A stretch of 54,448 nt of DNA, from positions 1 through 54,448 of the forward strand of contig JAFTCL010000019.1 in NCBI GenBank assembly GCA_017454745.1. Reading direction: 5' to 3'. This DNA is from Kiritimatiellia bacterium. Lineage in GTDB: Bacteria; Verrucomicrobiota; Kiritimatiellia; RFP12; UBA1067. The notes beneath the pieces are model-generated. The model ran no database searches. It saw nothing but the letters and a program-made list of their open reading frames with translations, and was not told where the DNA came from. How positions within the stretch are numbered: the stretch's first letter is position 1; the number at the start of each line of letters is the position of its first letter. Below, one piece after another: positions 33,204 to 43,800 of this stretch. Made by a program: the position numbers and the translations under genes.

Positions 33204-34022
33204 ATGAAAAAAATGTTATGTTTGGCCTTCCTGGCGGTCATGTTCTCCGGATGTGTGAGTTATGTTGAACAGCCGGCGGTCACTCCGTACGAGCCGCAAA
33301 ACAATTCAGGAGAAACCCCGGTCGCGCAAATCACCGCCCATCCCTATGTTGAAGGGGCAACCGTTCGACCGTTACGGGTGTTGGTTTCCATTGACGGTGG
33401 CAAAGAAGGTGGTGACGCTTATCAGTTCAGCAGTTATGTGCAATCTAATTTGGAGGGAGCCCTGGCGGCACGAGGGTACCGGGTGGTTTACGAGGCTCCT
33501 GCCGAGATTTTGCTTTCTACTCTAGGGTCGGTAACATGCAGCGTTTTAAATCGACGTGGCACTCGATTGGTTTACCGTGGCGATGCCGACGTGCAGGTAA
33601 CCCGCGCGGCGTTTGAAAACAAAATGCGCAATGAAACCATGAAAGACGTGGTGGCGAGACGCCGGTTTGATGTCAAAAGTGCAGAATCGCGGGATCGCGA
33701 GTTTGGTATAAAGTCGTTGGCGGATACGCTAAACACTGATCTTTCCGTATGGGCAGCGGAAAGCGTAACGCGAATTGCCGGGGCGTTGGAACGTTGCGAA
33801 TTCACCATCCGCAACGCATGGAACTACCGCGGCGAGGAGGACTACCCTTCCCGTTTTACGGCCACCGTCAACCGGATGCCTGGCGTTTATCGCTGTACTG
33901 TCCTGTCCACGGATAACGTTTCGCGTTCCATCCGGGCGGAAGTCGTTTACGAGCGCGATATGTTCCCTGAAGGATTCGTAAACGCGCTCTACACCGTGCG
34001 CAGTCTCAATCTGTATCGTTAA
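33204..34022 (+). CDS. Lipoprotein, hypothetical
   Basis: Lipobox MKKMLCLAFLAVMFSGC. Confidence 0.5.
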   Translation: MKKMLCLAFLAVMFSGCVSYVEQPAVTPYEPQNNSGETPVAQITAHPYVEGATVRPLRVLVSIDGGKEGGDAYQFSSYVQSNLEGALAARGYRVVYEAPAEILLSTLGSVTCSVLNRRGTRLVYRGDADVQVTRAAFENKMRNETMKDVVARRRFDVKSAESRDREFGIKSLADTLNTDLSVWAAESVTRIAGALERCEFTIRNAWNYRGEEDYPSRFTATVNRMPGVYRCTVLSTDNVSRSIRAEVVYERDMFPEGFVNALYTVRSLNLYR

Positions 34023-34045
34023 ACTCATTTGACAAAGGAAGTGCT

Positions 34046-34708
34046 ATGAAAAAAACGCCAATCTTTCTAACCGTTGTAACCGCAGTTGGCATCTCGTTCG
34101 CCCAAGGACCTGGTCGGCAGGTTTACAAACCCGGTTTTTCGACTCCGCCTCCCCAGGGCGAAGTTCGCTATCAGGATTACAACCGCAATGTGGATGTCTC
34201 TCGGGACGTTTATGACCGCACTCCAGGCGGCGGGCACGTGTCGATGACTCCAATTGCGTTCGGATTCGGCACCTTCGGGATGCCGCATGGACGCAATTGG
34301 GCTGTCTGCGGGCTTCGCGTCAACTTTGGGCTTCCCGAGTTCACTACCGTTTATGAGGCAGTTTACGGTGTGGACGTGGGGCTGTCCGGCGAAACCAATG
34401 GTGAGAGTGGCGGCGTTCTGGTGAACCTTCTGAATAACACCACCCGTGATATGTACGGCATTGGCGTGGCGGGATTGTGGAACCGTTCGACCGGTATGGA
34501 CAGCCATGCTCTGCAGGTTGCAGTAGGGTTAAACAGCGCGGAAAAGATTGACGGGATCCAGATCGCCTTGGTCAACCGGGCGCAAGAGCTGCACGGGGTG
34601 CAGATTGGCATTTACAATCAGGCGATGCATGGCGGCGGTCTGCAGATTGGATTGTGGAATGACAACGGCCGAGGTTGCGGTACGCCAATCATTGGCATTG
34701 CTTACTAA
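34046..34708 (+). CDS. Secreted G[IV]QIG 14-residue-repeat protein, paralogous repeat module to 29369-29998
   Basis: Signal peptide. Repeats DGIQIALVNR / HGVQIGIYNQ / GGLQIGLWND with the same 14-aa period. Confidence 0.45.
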   Translation: MKKTPIFLTVVTAVGISFAQGPGRQVYKPGFSTPPPQGEVRYQDYNRNVDVSRDVYDRTPGGGHVSMTPIAFGFGTFGMPHGRNWAVCGLRVNFGLPEFTTVYEAVYGVDVGLSGETNGESGGVLVNLLNNTTRDMYGIGVAGLWNRSTGMDSHALQVAVGLNSAEKIDGIQIALVNRAQELHGVQIGIYNQAMHGGGLQIGLWNDNGRGCGTPIIGIAY

Positions 34709-34722
34709 AATTGGAGAGTATC

Positions 34723-35802
34723 ATGAACCGCAAAGAATTGCTGAAGAAACAGTATGAGGAGCGTGTCGCAAGCCCAGAGGGAGGGTCGCGGCCGATGCCA
34801 GTCGCAAAAGGTCGCCCCCCCCGTCCCTATCGGAGAAGCGCATTCTGGCGTTGGTTTTGGCTGTTGTTTCTGATAACTTTACTGGGCGGTTTCTTCCATT
34901 GGCGGGAAGATGTCTTCGCGGTGTGGAACCGGATGTTCGACAAGGACGGCGGCAACCGGTTGTTCGGCTCCGTTCCGGAGAACAATGCCATCGGCGACCC
35001 GTATCCGACCACCCAACTCGGCCATTCGGCCGGCAGCTTGCCGGAAACGGTGGTTCGCCAGTATTTTGTGCCGAGCGAGGCGGAACTGGAGCAGTTGTTC
35101 GAATACGTCCGTTCGTCGCCGCACGTCAAGGAGAACCTTCAATACGCCAACACGATGAAATCCGTGCGTTTCTTCTACCTCGGGGACGATTCCACCGTCA
35201 ATGCATTTGCGTCACTCCGCAAGCTTGACGAGCGGAGTGACGAACTTACCCGCGTGATCTGTTTCTTTGGCGGCGCGGCGAGGTTCTCCCGGGTCGCGTC
35301 GCTGGCAGTCGCTGCGGAGCTGGACGGTGACAAGGGTGCCACCGCTAGGCTGATTAATGCGCTTACGCCTGCCGATTGCGGTAAAATGGATGACGAAGCC
35401 GTGGTCAGGATCGCGAACGCGGCGGGATTAGGCGCGGCTTTAGCTACTGATGCGACCAGAACCAAAGCTAAGTCCGTATCCGCCGGGATGATTCTCGGCA
35501 TCTTGGCTCATGAGTCTGGACACCAATCGTTGGGGCACGTTCTCAATACTGGTCGTAGTGAAAATCTTGAAATCTCCCGTAACCAGGAACGCGAAGCAGA
35601 TTTGTTTGCTTCGAGTGTCATTTCCGCCAGCCCATTTGGTGAGTATATGTTTGCCGGGACGCTTTTCTGGTATTATGCGCTGGCTACTCAAGAGGGCGGT
35701 AAGCAGGAAAACACACATCCCCTCTCAAAAGAACGGTTTGAAAATCTCGTTCGCTCCAACCCCGAGAAGGCTGCTGCAATGGGTGTTTCGCTCAAGGAAT
35801 AG
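34723..35802 (+). CDS. Membrane-anchored HExxH zinc metalloprotease, M48/HtpX-like
   Basis: N-terminal TM (FWRWFWLLFLITLLGGFF). HESGHQSLGH with a downstream ...EREAD... glutamate, as in the M48/M56 arrangement. Start at the ATG at 34723 after a ggagag RBS. Confidence 0.5.
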   Translation: MNRKELLKKQYEERVASPEGGSRPMPVAKGRPPRPYRRSAFWRWFWLLFLITLLGGFFHWREDVFAVWNRMFDKDGGNRLFGSVPENNAIGDPYPTTQLGHSAGSLPETVVRQYFVPSEAELEQLFEYVRSSPHVKENLQYANTMKSVRFFYLGDDSTVNAFASLRKLDERSDELTRVICFFGGAARFSRVASLAVAAELDGDKGATARLINALTPADCGKMDDEAVVRIANAAGLGAALATDATRTKAKSVSAGMILGILAHESGHQSLGHVLNTGRSENLEISRNQEREADLFASSVISASPFGEYMFAGTLFWYYALATQEGGKQENTHPLSKERFENLVRSNPEKAAAMGVSLKE

Positions 35803-35897
35803 AAATCAGGAATAGTAGATGCGGACGGCGCTTTTGTTTGTTGTCCGCATCTATCAAACAACTGTCGAACAGTAGTACACTATCAGGATGACGATTT

Positions 35898-38800
35898 ATG
35901 AGTGATTTTGACAATGACAAGACGCTTATAAACAATGCAATCAATGTTGAGTCTTTAGACAAAGGCAGAACAATTCCCGTCAAAGAGGTAGAATCGTCAG
36001 TTCTGGGGCGTATCGATCAGTATGAGCTGCATAAGGAACTCGGCGGCGGCGGGTTCGGCACGGTATATTTGGCTCGTGACACCGTGGGGCACCGCGAGGT
36101 TGCGGTGAAGGGGTTGCCGCCTTTAGTCCAAAGCAATCGCGAGGAACTTGAAAATATCCGCACCAACTTCGCGCTGGTGCAGGGGCTTCACCACCCGAAC
36201 ATTGCCGCCGCACTCGTGCTGCATCCAGCCAAGGATGTCATCTACAACTCCGAGGACACGCGGCGAAAACTGCGGGTACTCTCCGGGGAGACCCTGTTGG
36301 TGATGGAGTACGCGCCGGGAGTCACACTTTCCAAATGGCGCAAGCAGTTCCACGGCAGCAAAGTCCCGCTGGAAATGGCTTTGGAAATCGTGCGCCAAGT
36401 CGCGGAGGCGCTTGATTATGCGCATTCCCAAAACATTATCCACCGCGATGTCAAGCCGTCAAACGTTGTTGTGGAAACCAAGCCTGACGGATCGGTCGCG
36501 GCGCGGGTGCTGGACTTCGGGCTGGCGGCGGAGATCCGCTCTTCAATGGGGCGGTTCTCAAAGGAGGTCCGCGACACCTCCGGCACCCGCCCCTACATGG
36601 CGCCTGAGCAATGGCGGGGCGAAAAGCAGGGCCCCGCTACCGACCAGTACGCGCTGGCGGCGATGTTTTTCGAGTTGCTGACGGGTGAAGTCCCATTCTC
36701 TTCGGTTTTCGATTGCGGCGACCCTATGGTGATGATGGTGACGGTAACCGCGAGCCCGGTGAACATCCCGGACGATCTCCCCAAGCCCATCCGGAGCGCG
36801 TTAGCCAAAGCGCTGGCAAAGAAGCAGGAGGAGCGTTTTCCCTCCTGCGGAGAGTTCGCGGCCGCATTGGGCGCGAGGGCGGCTATTCATGCGGCATCGA
36901 AACCGCGTCTGGGAAAGGCCGGAGTTTCGCCCCGCAAAAAGTCTGTCTGGCTGGTAATTCCCGCTGTTCTTGCTTTGCTGGGCGGCGGTTATATTGTCTT
37001 TGCCAGACGTCAGGCGGAAAAGGCTAAACTAGAGATCGAGAAAAGCAGTGCGTTTGCGCTGGAGAGCGAGATGTCGCTCGCGCTGAAGGTCGTTAAAGAT
37101 AAGAGGCACGACCCGGGGCAGGGTTTCAGGGATCGGATAAAGGCTTTGGAAAAATATTATCTCGCCGGCAAAGCCGCGCTTGACGCCAGAGAGTATCCGG
37201 TCGCCCTTAATAACCTGAGCCTGGCCCGCACGGCCGCCGAATGGATTAAAAGCAACGCTGTGTTCCGCGCCGACGCGCTTAGCGAACGGGAGTCGGCTGA
37301 GGCCGGAGCCAGAAATGCGGCTGCTGCCAAAGCCGATGAGTTGGACGCTGCCGGTTACGCAACGGCCACGAATCTTTTTGTAAACGCCTTGCAACAGTTC
37401 GAGTCCGGGAAGTTTATGGTGGCAAAGGCGGAATTCTCCAAATCTTTGGCCGCATTCAAAACGAGCGTCGTGTCGGCAAATAAAGAAGCCGAACGGCGGA
37501 GGCTTGAGAAACGTAAAGCCGATACCGCCGCTGCTATCGCCGCATTTGAGGCTGAACCGCCGAATTGGAACGATGGGGTGCGTTTGGCTCAGACCGCTGA
37601 TCGTAATGACGCGTCCATCCAGTTTTATCTTGGGGTTTGTTGCGATTTCGGTTACGGCGGAGTATCCAATGATCCTTCTGAAGCGGTTAAGTGGTATCTT
37701 AAAGCGGCAGAGCAGGGGCACAAGGTCGCGCAATTCAATCTAGGCGTCTGTTATTCCAAAGGCAGCGGGGTTCAGGAAGACCAGACCGAAGCGACAAAAT
37801 GGTATTGCAAAGCGGCTATGCAGGGATACCGCGAGGCGCAATTCATTTTGGGTAAAAGATATTTCAATGGTATCGGTGTGGATAAGGATGAAGCCGAGGC
37901 GGTCAAGTGGTATCGAATGGCGGCGGATCATGCACATCGGGAGGCGCAGTTTAACCTTGGTGTATGTTACGACAACGGGTCTGGGGTGGAGAAAGACGAG
38001 GCTCAAGCGGTCGAGTGGTACCTTAAAGCCGCTGAGCAAGGCGAGGCTGCGGCACAGTACAATCTTGGCGTTAGCTATGCCAACGGGCTGGGTGTGGAGA
38101 AGAATTTGTCTGAGGCTGCAAAATGGTATCTGAAGGCGGCTGAACAGGGCCACCGTACAGCGCAGTTCAACATTGGCGTCTATTACGACAAGGGTTATGG
38201 GGTGGCAAAAGACGAGGTTGAGGCGGTCAAATGGTACCGCAAGGCTGCCGAGCAGGGGGATGCGTCGGCGCAGTTCAACCTGGGTGTATGCTATGCCAAT
38301 GGACAGGGGATAAAAAAAGACGAGGTTGAGGCGGTAAGATGGTACCTCAGCGCCGCCGGGCAGGGGGATGCGTCGGCGCAGTTCAACCTTGGCGTTAGCT
38401 ATGCCAACGGTCAAGGGGTAGCTAAAGACGATGCGGCGGCGGCCAATTGGTACCGGAAAGCTGCTGTGCAGGGCCACCGGGCCGCACAGTTCAATCTTGG
38501 CGTATGTTACGATAACGGTGAAGGCGTGGTGAAAGACGAGGCCGAGGCGGTAAAGTGGTATCGCAAAGCGGCTGAGCAGGGAGACGTGTCGGCGCAGTTC
38601 AACCTTGGCGTGAGTTATGACAACGGTCAGGGAGTTCAGAAGGACGAGGCCGAAGCGGTAAAATGGTACCGTAAAGCGGCAGAGCAGAATTACCGGGCTG
38701 CGCAGTTCAGTATGGGGCTGTGTTATGCCAATGGACGCGGGGTGGCGAAAGACGATGTGGCCGCGGCGAATTGGTTCCGCAAGGCTGCCGAGCAGGGGCA

Positions 38801-40823
38801 TTACGGCGCGCAGTTTTATTTGGGTGAAAGTTGTGCCAAAGGGCGGGGTGTGCCCAAGGATGAGGCTATGGCGGTTGAGTGGTATCGCAAGGCCGCCGAG
38901 CATGGGCACCGGGACGCGCAATCCAATTTGGGTTTATGTTATGCCAATGGGTTGGGAGTGGAAAAAAACGAAACCGAGGCGGTTAATTGGTTCCTTAAAG
39001 CTGCGGATCAGAATGATACGGTGGCATTGTTCAATTTGGGCGAATGTTACTCCCACGCCAAAGGGGTTCAAAAAGACGATTTCGAGGCTGCAAAGTACTA
39101 CCGCAAAGCCGCCAATCACGGACACCGTGAGGCTCAGTATAATTTGGCCGTATGTTACGCTAACGGACAAGGTGTTCAGAAGAGCGATTCCGAGGCTGCT
39201 GTTTGGTATCGCAAAGCGGCAGAACAGAGGCATAGGGAAGCCCAGTTGAATTTGGGCATTTGCTACGACAATGGCCTTGGTGTCCGCAGGGACGAGTCCG
39301 AGGCGGTCAAGTGGTACCGCTTGGCGGCGGAAAAGGGCAGCGATACGGCGGAGTTCAATCTGGGCGTGTGTTATGCAAACGGCCTTGGTTTGCAAAAGGA
39401 TGAAAACAAGGCGTTTGAGTGGTATCGCAAAGCGGCTGAACAGGGGAACCGGACTGCGCAGTTCAATCTTGGCGTTTGTTACGATAACGGTCGCGGAGTG
39501 GTTAAGGATGAAGCCGAGGCGGTCAAGTGGTACCGCAAGGCTGCCGAGCAGGGCCATTTGATGGCGCAGTTCAATCTCGGCCTGTGTTACGCCAACGGGT
39601 TGGGGGTGCCGAAAGACGAAGCCGAGGCGGTTAAATGGTACAGCAAGGCGGCTGAAAAAGGGAACGTGGTCGCCCAAAGAAATTTGGGGGGTTGTTATGC
39701 CGGCGGGAAAGGCGTTCCTAAGAATGAAGCCGAGGCGGTGAAGTGGTACCGCATGGCGGCGGAAAACGGTGACGCTCAAGGACAGTTTCTGTTAGGCGAT
39801 GCTTACGAGTCAGGCAAAGGGGTTGAAAAGGATTCCGCTGCCGCGAACCTGTGGTACGACAAATCCGCCGCTCAGGGAAACCGGTTGGCAAGAAAAGCTT
39901 TGGTGCGAATCAGCGGGGCCTCCGGTGTTACTTATGAGTCGGCACTGTCTATGTTAAACATCAATCTGGATGCCGTGTTCACTGCCGATAAGGTCGTCGA
40001 TGTCCCGGCCGGCGCGGATTTGGAGAAAACGGTAGAAGACTGCCCGGACGGGGCCACGTTGCGTCTGGCTGCCGGAACTTATGCGATTTCCGGCGCCAAA
40101 CAGCTTAGTTTCTCTAAGAACCTTAAAATCACCGGTGTTTCTCCGGAAAGTACCCATATCTATGGTAAGTTTTGTTCTTATAATCCATCGGATAAAAGCG
40201 GTACGGTTCTGGTTGTCGAGAATCTCGCGTTTGAGTTCGAGAAAACCGGTGACAATAGCGATTATGGCGTCTGGGGCGCAGATGGCGGGGCCCTCGCGGT
40301 CAACCACTGCCGTTTCGCCAATTGCGGTATAAGGGTCTCCGCTAAATCAAGAGCCGTTCTTGCCGACATTGCGGTTGACAATGCCAAATGGGAGATTGAT
40401 GTTTCAGAAGCGGCCAAGGCGGTTGTCCTCAACGCGCAACTTACAAACACAACTGGACATTTCATTATTGGATTCAAGAATTCGCGTGTCTTTTGCGAGG
40501 ATGTTGTGATGTCAGGAGGAGTTGATGCCGGAATGTTTGCGCGATATGGTGGCAGCCAATGGTTTCTGCGCTGCTGTTACGTCCGGAATCTTATGCCGCC
40601 AAAATATGCTTCGTCCGGGATTGGCGTTACAGCCGGCTCGAAAGTAAAAGTCTATCTGGATAGCGTTACCTTTGAGAATTTGACTGGCGCGCCGGTTGAC
40701 AATTCTGGCACATGCGTTTACCGCAATCTGACCGTAAGACAGTGCGGAGAAGACTTGAAAGGAAACGGCAGTTACCTGAAGCAGGACGCCCCGATTCCCT
40801 TGCCGGAGGGTTTCTTCCGTTAA
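35898..40823 (+). CDS. Receptor-type Ser/Thr protein kinase (kinase 1): N-terminal Hanks kinase, one TM helix, ~22 Sel1 repeats, C-terminal right-handed beta-helix-like domain
   Basis: LGGGGFGTVYLARD...VAVK (Gly loop and Lys), HRDVKPSNVVV catalytic loop, DFGLA, TRPYMAPE. TM SVWLVIPAVLALLGGGYIVFA. Long array of AxQFNLGVCYxNGxGVxKDxxEAVKWYRKAAEQG Sel1 repeats. C-terminal NxxG/parallel-beta-like segment. Confidence 0.8.
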   Translation: MSDFDNDKTLINNAINVESLDKGRTIPVKEVESSVLGRIDQYELHKELGGGGFGTVYLARDTVGHREVAVKGLPPLVQSNREELENIRTNFALVQGLHHPNIAAALVLHPAKDVIYNSEDTRRKLRVLSGETLLVMEYAPGVTLSKWRKQFHGSKVPLEMALEIVRQVAEALDYAHSQNIIHRDVKPSNVVVETKPDGSVAARVLDFGLAAEIRSSMGRFSKEVRDTSGTRPYMAPEQWRGEKQGPATDQYALAAMFFELLTGEVPFSSVFDCGDPMVMMVTVTASPVNIPDDLPKPIRSALAKALAKKQEERFPSCGEFAAALGARAAIHAASKPRLGKAGVSPRKKSVWLVIPAVLALLGGGYIVFARRQAEKAKLEIEKSSAFALESEMSLALKVVKDKRHDPGQGFRDRIKALEKYYLAGKAALDAREYPVALNNLSLARTAAEWIKSNAVFRADALSERESAEAGARNAAAAKADELDAAGYATATNLFVNALQQFESGKFMVAKAEFSKSLAAFKTSVVSANKEAERRRLEKRKADTAAAIAAFEAEPPNWNDGVRLAQTADRNDASIQFYLGVCCDFGYGGVSNDPSEAVKWYLKAAEQGHKVAQFNLGVCYSKGSGVQEDQTEATKWYCKAAMQGYREAQFILGKRYFNGIGVDKDEAEAVKWYRMAADHAHREAQFNLGVCYDNGSGVEKDEAQAVEWYLKAAEQGEAAAQYNLGVSYANGLGVEKNLSEAAKWYLKAAEQGHRTAQFNIGVYYDKGYGVAKDEVEAVKWYRKAAEQGDASAQFNLGVCYANGQGIKKDEVEAVRWYLSAAGQGDASAQFNLGVSYANGQGVAKDDAAAANWYRKAAVQGHRAAQFNLGVCYDNGEGVVKDEAEAVKWYRKAAEQGDVSAQFNLGVSYDNGQGVQKDEAEAVKWYRKAAEQNYRAAQFSMGLCYANGRGVAKDDVAAANWFRKAAEQGHYGAQFYLGESCAKGRGVPKDEAMAVEWYRKAAEHGHRDAQSNLGLCYANGLGVEKNETEAVNWFLKAADQNDTVALFNLGECYSHAKGVQKDDFEAAKYYRKAANHGHREAQYNLAVCYANGQGVQKSDSEAAVWYRKAAEQRHREAQLNLGICYDNGLGVRRDESEAVKWYRLAAEKGSDTAEFNLGVCYANGLGLQKDENKAFEWYRKAAEQGNRTAQFNLGVCYDNGRGVVKDEAEAVKWYRKAAEQGHLMAQFNLGLCYANGLGVPKDEAEAVKWYSKAAEKGNVVAQRNLGGCYAGGKGVPKNEAEAVKWYRMAAENGDAQGQFLLGDAYESGKGVEKDSAAANLWYDKSAAQGNRLARKALVRISGASGVTYESALSMLNINLDAVFTADKVVDVPAGADLEKTVEDCPDGATLRLAAGTYAISGAKQLSFSKNLKITGVSPESTHIYGKFCSYNPSDKSGTVLVVENLAFEFEKTGDNSDYGVWGADGGALAVNHCRFANCGIRVSAKSRAVLADIAVDNAKWEIDVSEAAKAVVLNAQLTNTTGHFIIGFKNSRVFCEDVVMSGGVDAGMFARYGGSQWFLRCCYVRNLMPPKYASSGIGVTAGSKVKVYLDSVTFENLTGAPVDNSGTCVYRNLTVRQCGEDLKGNGSYLKQDAPIPLPEGFFR

Positions 40824-40880
40824 TTACTTGAGCGGTTGCGTTAGGGTTGACAGTTAACAAAACTTTTGGCGAACAAAACC

Positions 40881-43800
40881 ATGGACGATTTTTACGACGA
40901 CAGGTCTTTGAGGGAGAATGCGGCGGAGCCGGAAAAGTCATTCGGCAGCGAAAATACGCTGGTTGAACGGCAGATTTTGGGCCGCATCGACCAGTACGAG
41001 CTGATCCGCGAGCTGGGCGGCGGCGGGTTTGGCACGGTCTATCTGGCTCGGGACACCGTTTCCGGGGTGGAGGTGGCGGTGAAGGGGTTGCCGCCGGCGA
41101 TCAAGAACAATCTGGAGGAGTTGGAGAACATCCGGGCCAACTTCGCGCTGGTGCAGCGGTTGCACCACCCGAACATAGCGGCGGCTCTGGTTCTGCACCA
41201 GGCGGCCGCCGTCGATTACTCCGACGCCGGCACCCGCGACAAACTCCGGGTCTTGCCCGGCGAGACGCTGCTGGTGATGCAGTACGCGCCGGGCGTGACG
41301 CTCTCGCAGTGGCGCAAGCAGTTCCCCGGACGCAAGGTGCCGCTCGAAAAGGCGCTGGACATCGTGAGCCAGATCGCGTCAGCGCTGGATTACGCCCATT
41401 CGCAGAAGATCATCCACCGCGACATCAAGCCGTCAAACGTGGTGGTGGAGACCCGCGCCGACGGCTCGGCGGTGGCGCGGATACTGGACTTTGGGCTGGC
41501 GGCCGAGGTGCATTCATCGATGTCCCGCATCTCCAAAGAGGTTTGCGATGTCTCCGGCACCCGGCCCTACATGGCCCCGGAGCAGTGGCTGGGGCGCCGG
41601 CAGGGGCCGGCCACCGACCAGTACGCGCTGGCGGCGCTGTTCCACGAGTTGGTCACCGGCGAGGTTCCGTTCTCATCCGTGTTCGACACCGGCGACCCGG
41701 TGGTCATGATGAACGTCGTGGGGCGCGAAGTTTTCGCGGCGGCCCCGGAATTGCCCAAACCAGTGCGTCTGGCTTTGTGCAGGGCGCTGGCCAAAAACCC
41801 GGAGGAACGTTTCGCCGCCTGCGGCGACTTTGCCGCAGCGTTGGGCGGAGCAAAGGCCAAACCCGCCGGCGGACACCGTCTGCTTAAGGGCGTGGCGGCG
41901 CTCTGGGCGGCGGCGGCGGTTGCCGCCGCCGGCGTTACGGCTTGGCAATGGCACGCCCGGCGCGATGCCGCCCGTAGGGAGGCGGAGAATCTTGCTCGCG
42001 CTGAATACGCGGCAGAGACGAACCGGCTGGCCGAAGCGGTTTCGAAAGCCGCGGCGACGGCCGCCGCCGCGTGGAACGGGACCGAGCCTTACCGCCTTGA
42101 CCCGGAGGGACTGGAAACGCAGCTCTCGGAACTGAGCAACCTGTGGGCCGGAGTCTCGGCGGAGTGGCGGCCCGACCCAGACAACGCCGCCGTTTCGCTG
42201 TCCAACCGCTTGGCGGAGGTTTCCGCCGCCGCCGAAGCCATTGCCTCAGTTTCGGCGAAAATGAAGCCGCTGAGCGAGGCAAGGGAAAGGGTACGGCTTG
42301 AACGCCGGCGCGAGCTTGACGCACGGGCGAAGGAAGAGGCCGCCAAGGATGCCGCAAAGCGAGCCAAAGAGGCACAGGAACGCGCCGCCGAGCTGGTGCG
42401 GCTCAAGACACGGCTCAACATCAAACGATCGGACGCGGAGGCCAAGATGAGGGAATTGGACGGCTACCGCGCCGCCCCGGAGGGCCTGGAGGGGCGCATC
42501 GCGTCCGCCGACGGCCAGTGGAAGACGCTGAAGGCGCTCCCGGAGCCGGAGTCGCTCGAACAGGCAGAGACGGCGCTGGACATGGCGGACAAGGCGGAGA
42601 CCCAAATCTCTCTTGACCTCGCGTGGCTCCGGGAAAACAAGGCCGGGCGCGACGCCGCCAAGGCCGCAGTCGGCGAGATTTCCGCCATTTTGCGCGGTGA
42701 CGCGGCCGACTTCAATGCGGAGAAATACGCCGCCGGGCGGTACGGCGAGGCGGCTCGGCTGCGCGAGGCCGGCGACGCCGCCTTCAAACGCGGCGATTTC
42801 GCGGCGGCCGGCAAGTCGCTCGCGGCGGCGCGGGAGAAGTTCGCTGATGCCGCGCGGGAGGCAAGGGATTTTTGCGTCAAGACCAGGGTGGAGGCCGCCC
42901 GCGAGTATTTCAAGGCCGGAAAGTGGAAGGAGTGCATAGCGGAGGCGGATAAGGCTCTGGAGTGGGCGCCGGGAAATGATGCCGCGGCACGCCTGAAGAA
43001 GGATGCTGAAGACCACCTTGTGCCGACGGCGGAGCTGGCCGCTACGGTTGACGGGCGCGAAGTGCAGGCGGAGGTGACGGAGGCTGGCCGCGGGCCCCGC
43101 CGCACGCCGGCGGAACTTGGGCGGCTAACGCCGAACGGCAGGATCGGGCCGTTCAAATTCACCCATGCCGAGAACGGCAGGCGTTACGAGGGGACGATTG
43201 ATGAGCTAACGGTCGACTGGCGCGGCCCTAAACGGCTTGAGTGCAGGCTTCAGGAACGTAAAGAACCCAGAGCCGGCGACGTTAAGACCGTCATCATGCC
43301 GGGCGGCGCGGCAATGGAGATGGTGTGGTGCCCTGCGGGCAGCTTTATGATGGGGAGCGACAATGGCGGCAGCGACGAAAAGCCGGCTCACCGGGTGACG
43401 ATATCCAAGGGGTTCTGGATCGGGAAGTACCCGGTGACGCAGGCCCAGTGGGCGTCGATGTACAATAAGCTGGGGCCGATAACCGGATCAAGCGCCGAAC
43501 CGTCATGCTTCAGCGCATCGGGCGGCGGGAAATCCGCAGTGTCCGGCATGGACACCTCGCGGTTCCCGGTGGAAAGGGTTTCCTGGGATGACTGCGACCA
43601 AATGGTCGAGTTGCTTAACCGCGCCCAAAGCGAGTGCGTCTTTGCGCTGCCGACGGAGGCGCAGTGGGAGTACGCGGCCCGCGGCGGCCCGCTGTCCAGA
43701 GGCTACACCTACAGCGGAGGCAACTACTTAGACCGGTTGGGCTGGTACTACGAAAATTCCGGCAGGGGGCGGCTTGACGAATCGGACTGGGATGTAAAAA

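Noticed and set aside
37740-39779. Two long minus-strand ORFs (393 aa and 281 aa) under the kinase-1 Sel1 array
   Set aside because: The periodic Sel1-repeat coding DNA yields a periodic stop-free antisense frame. The sense strand is an obvious kinase-Sel1 protein
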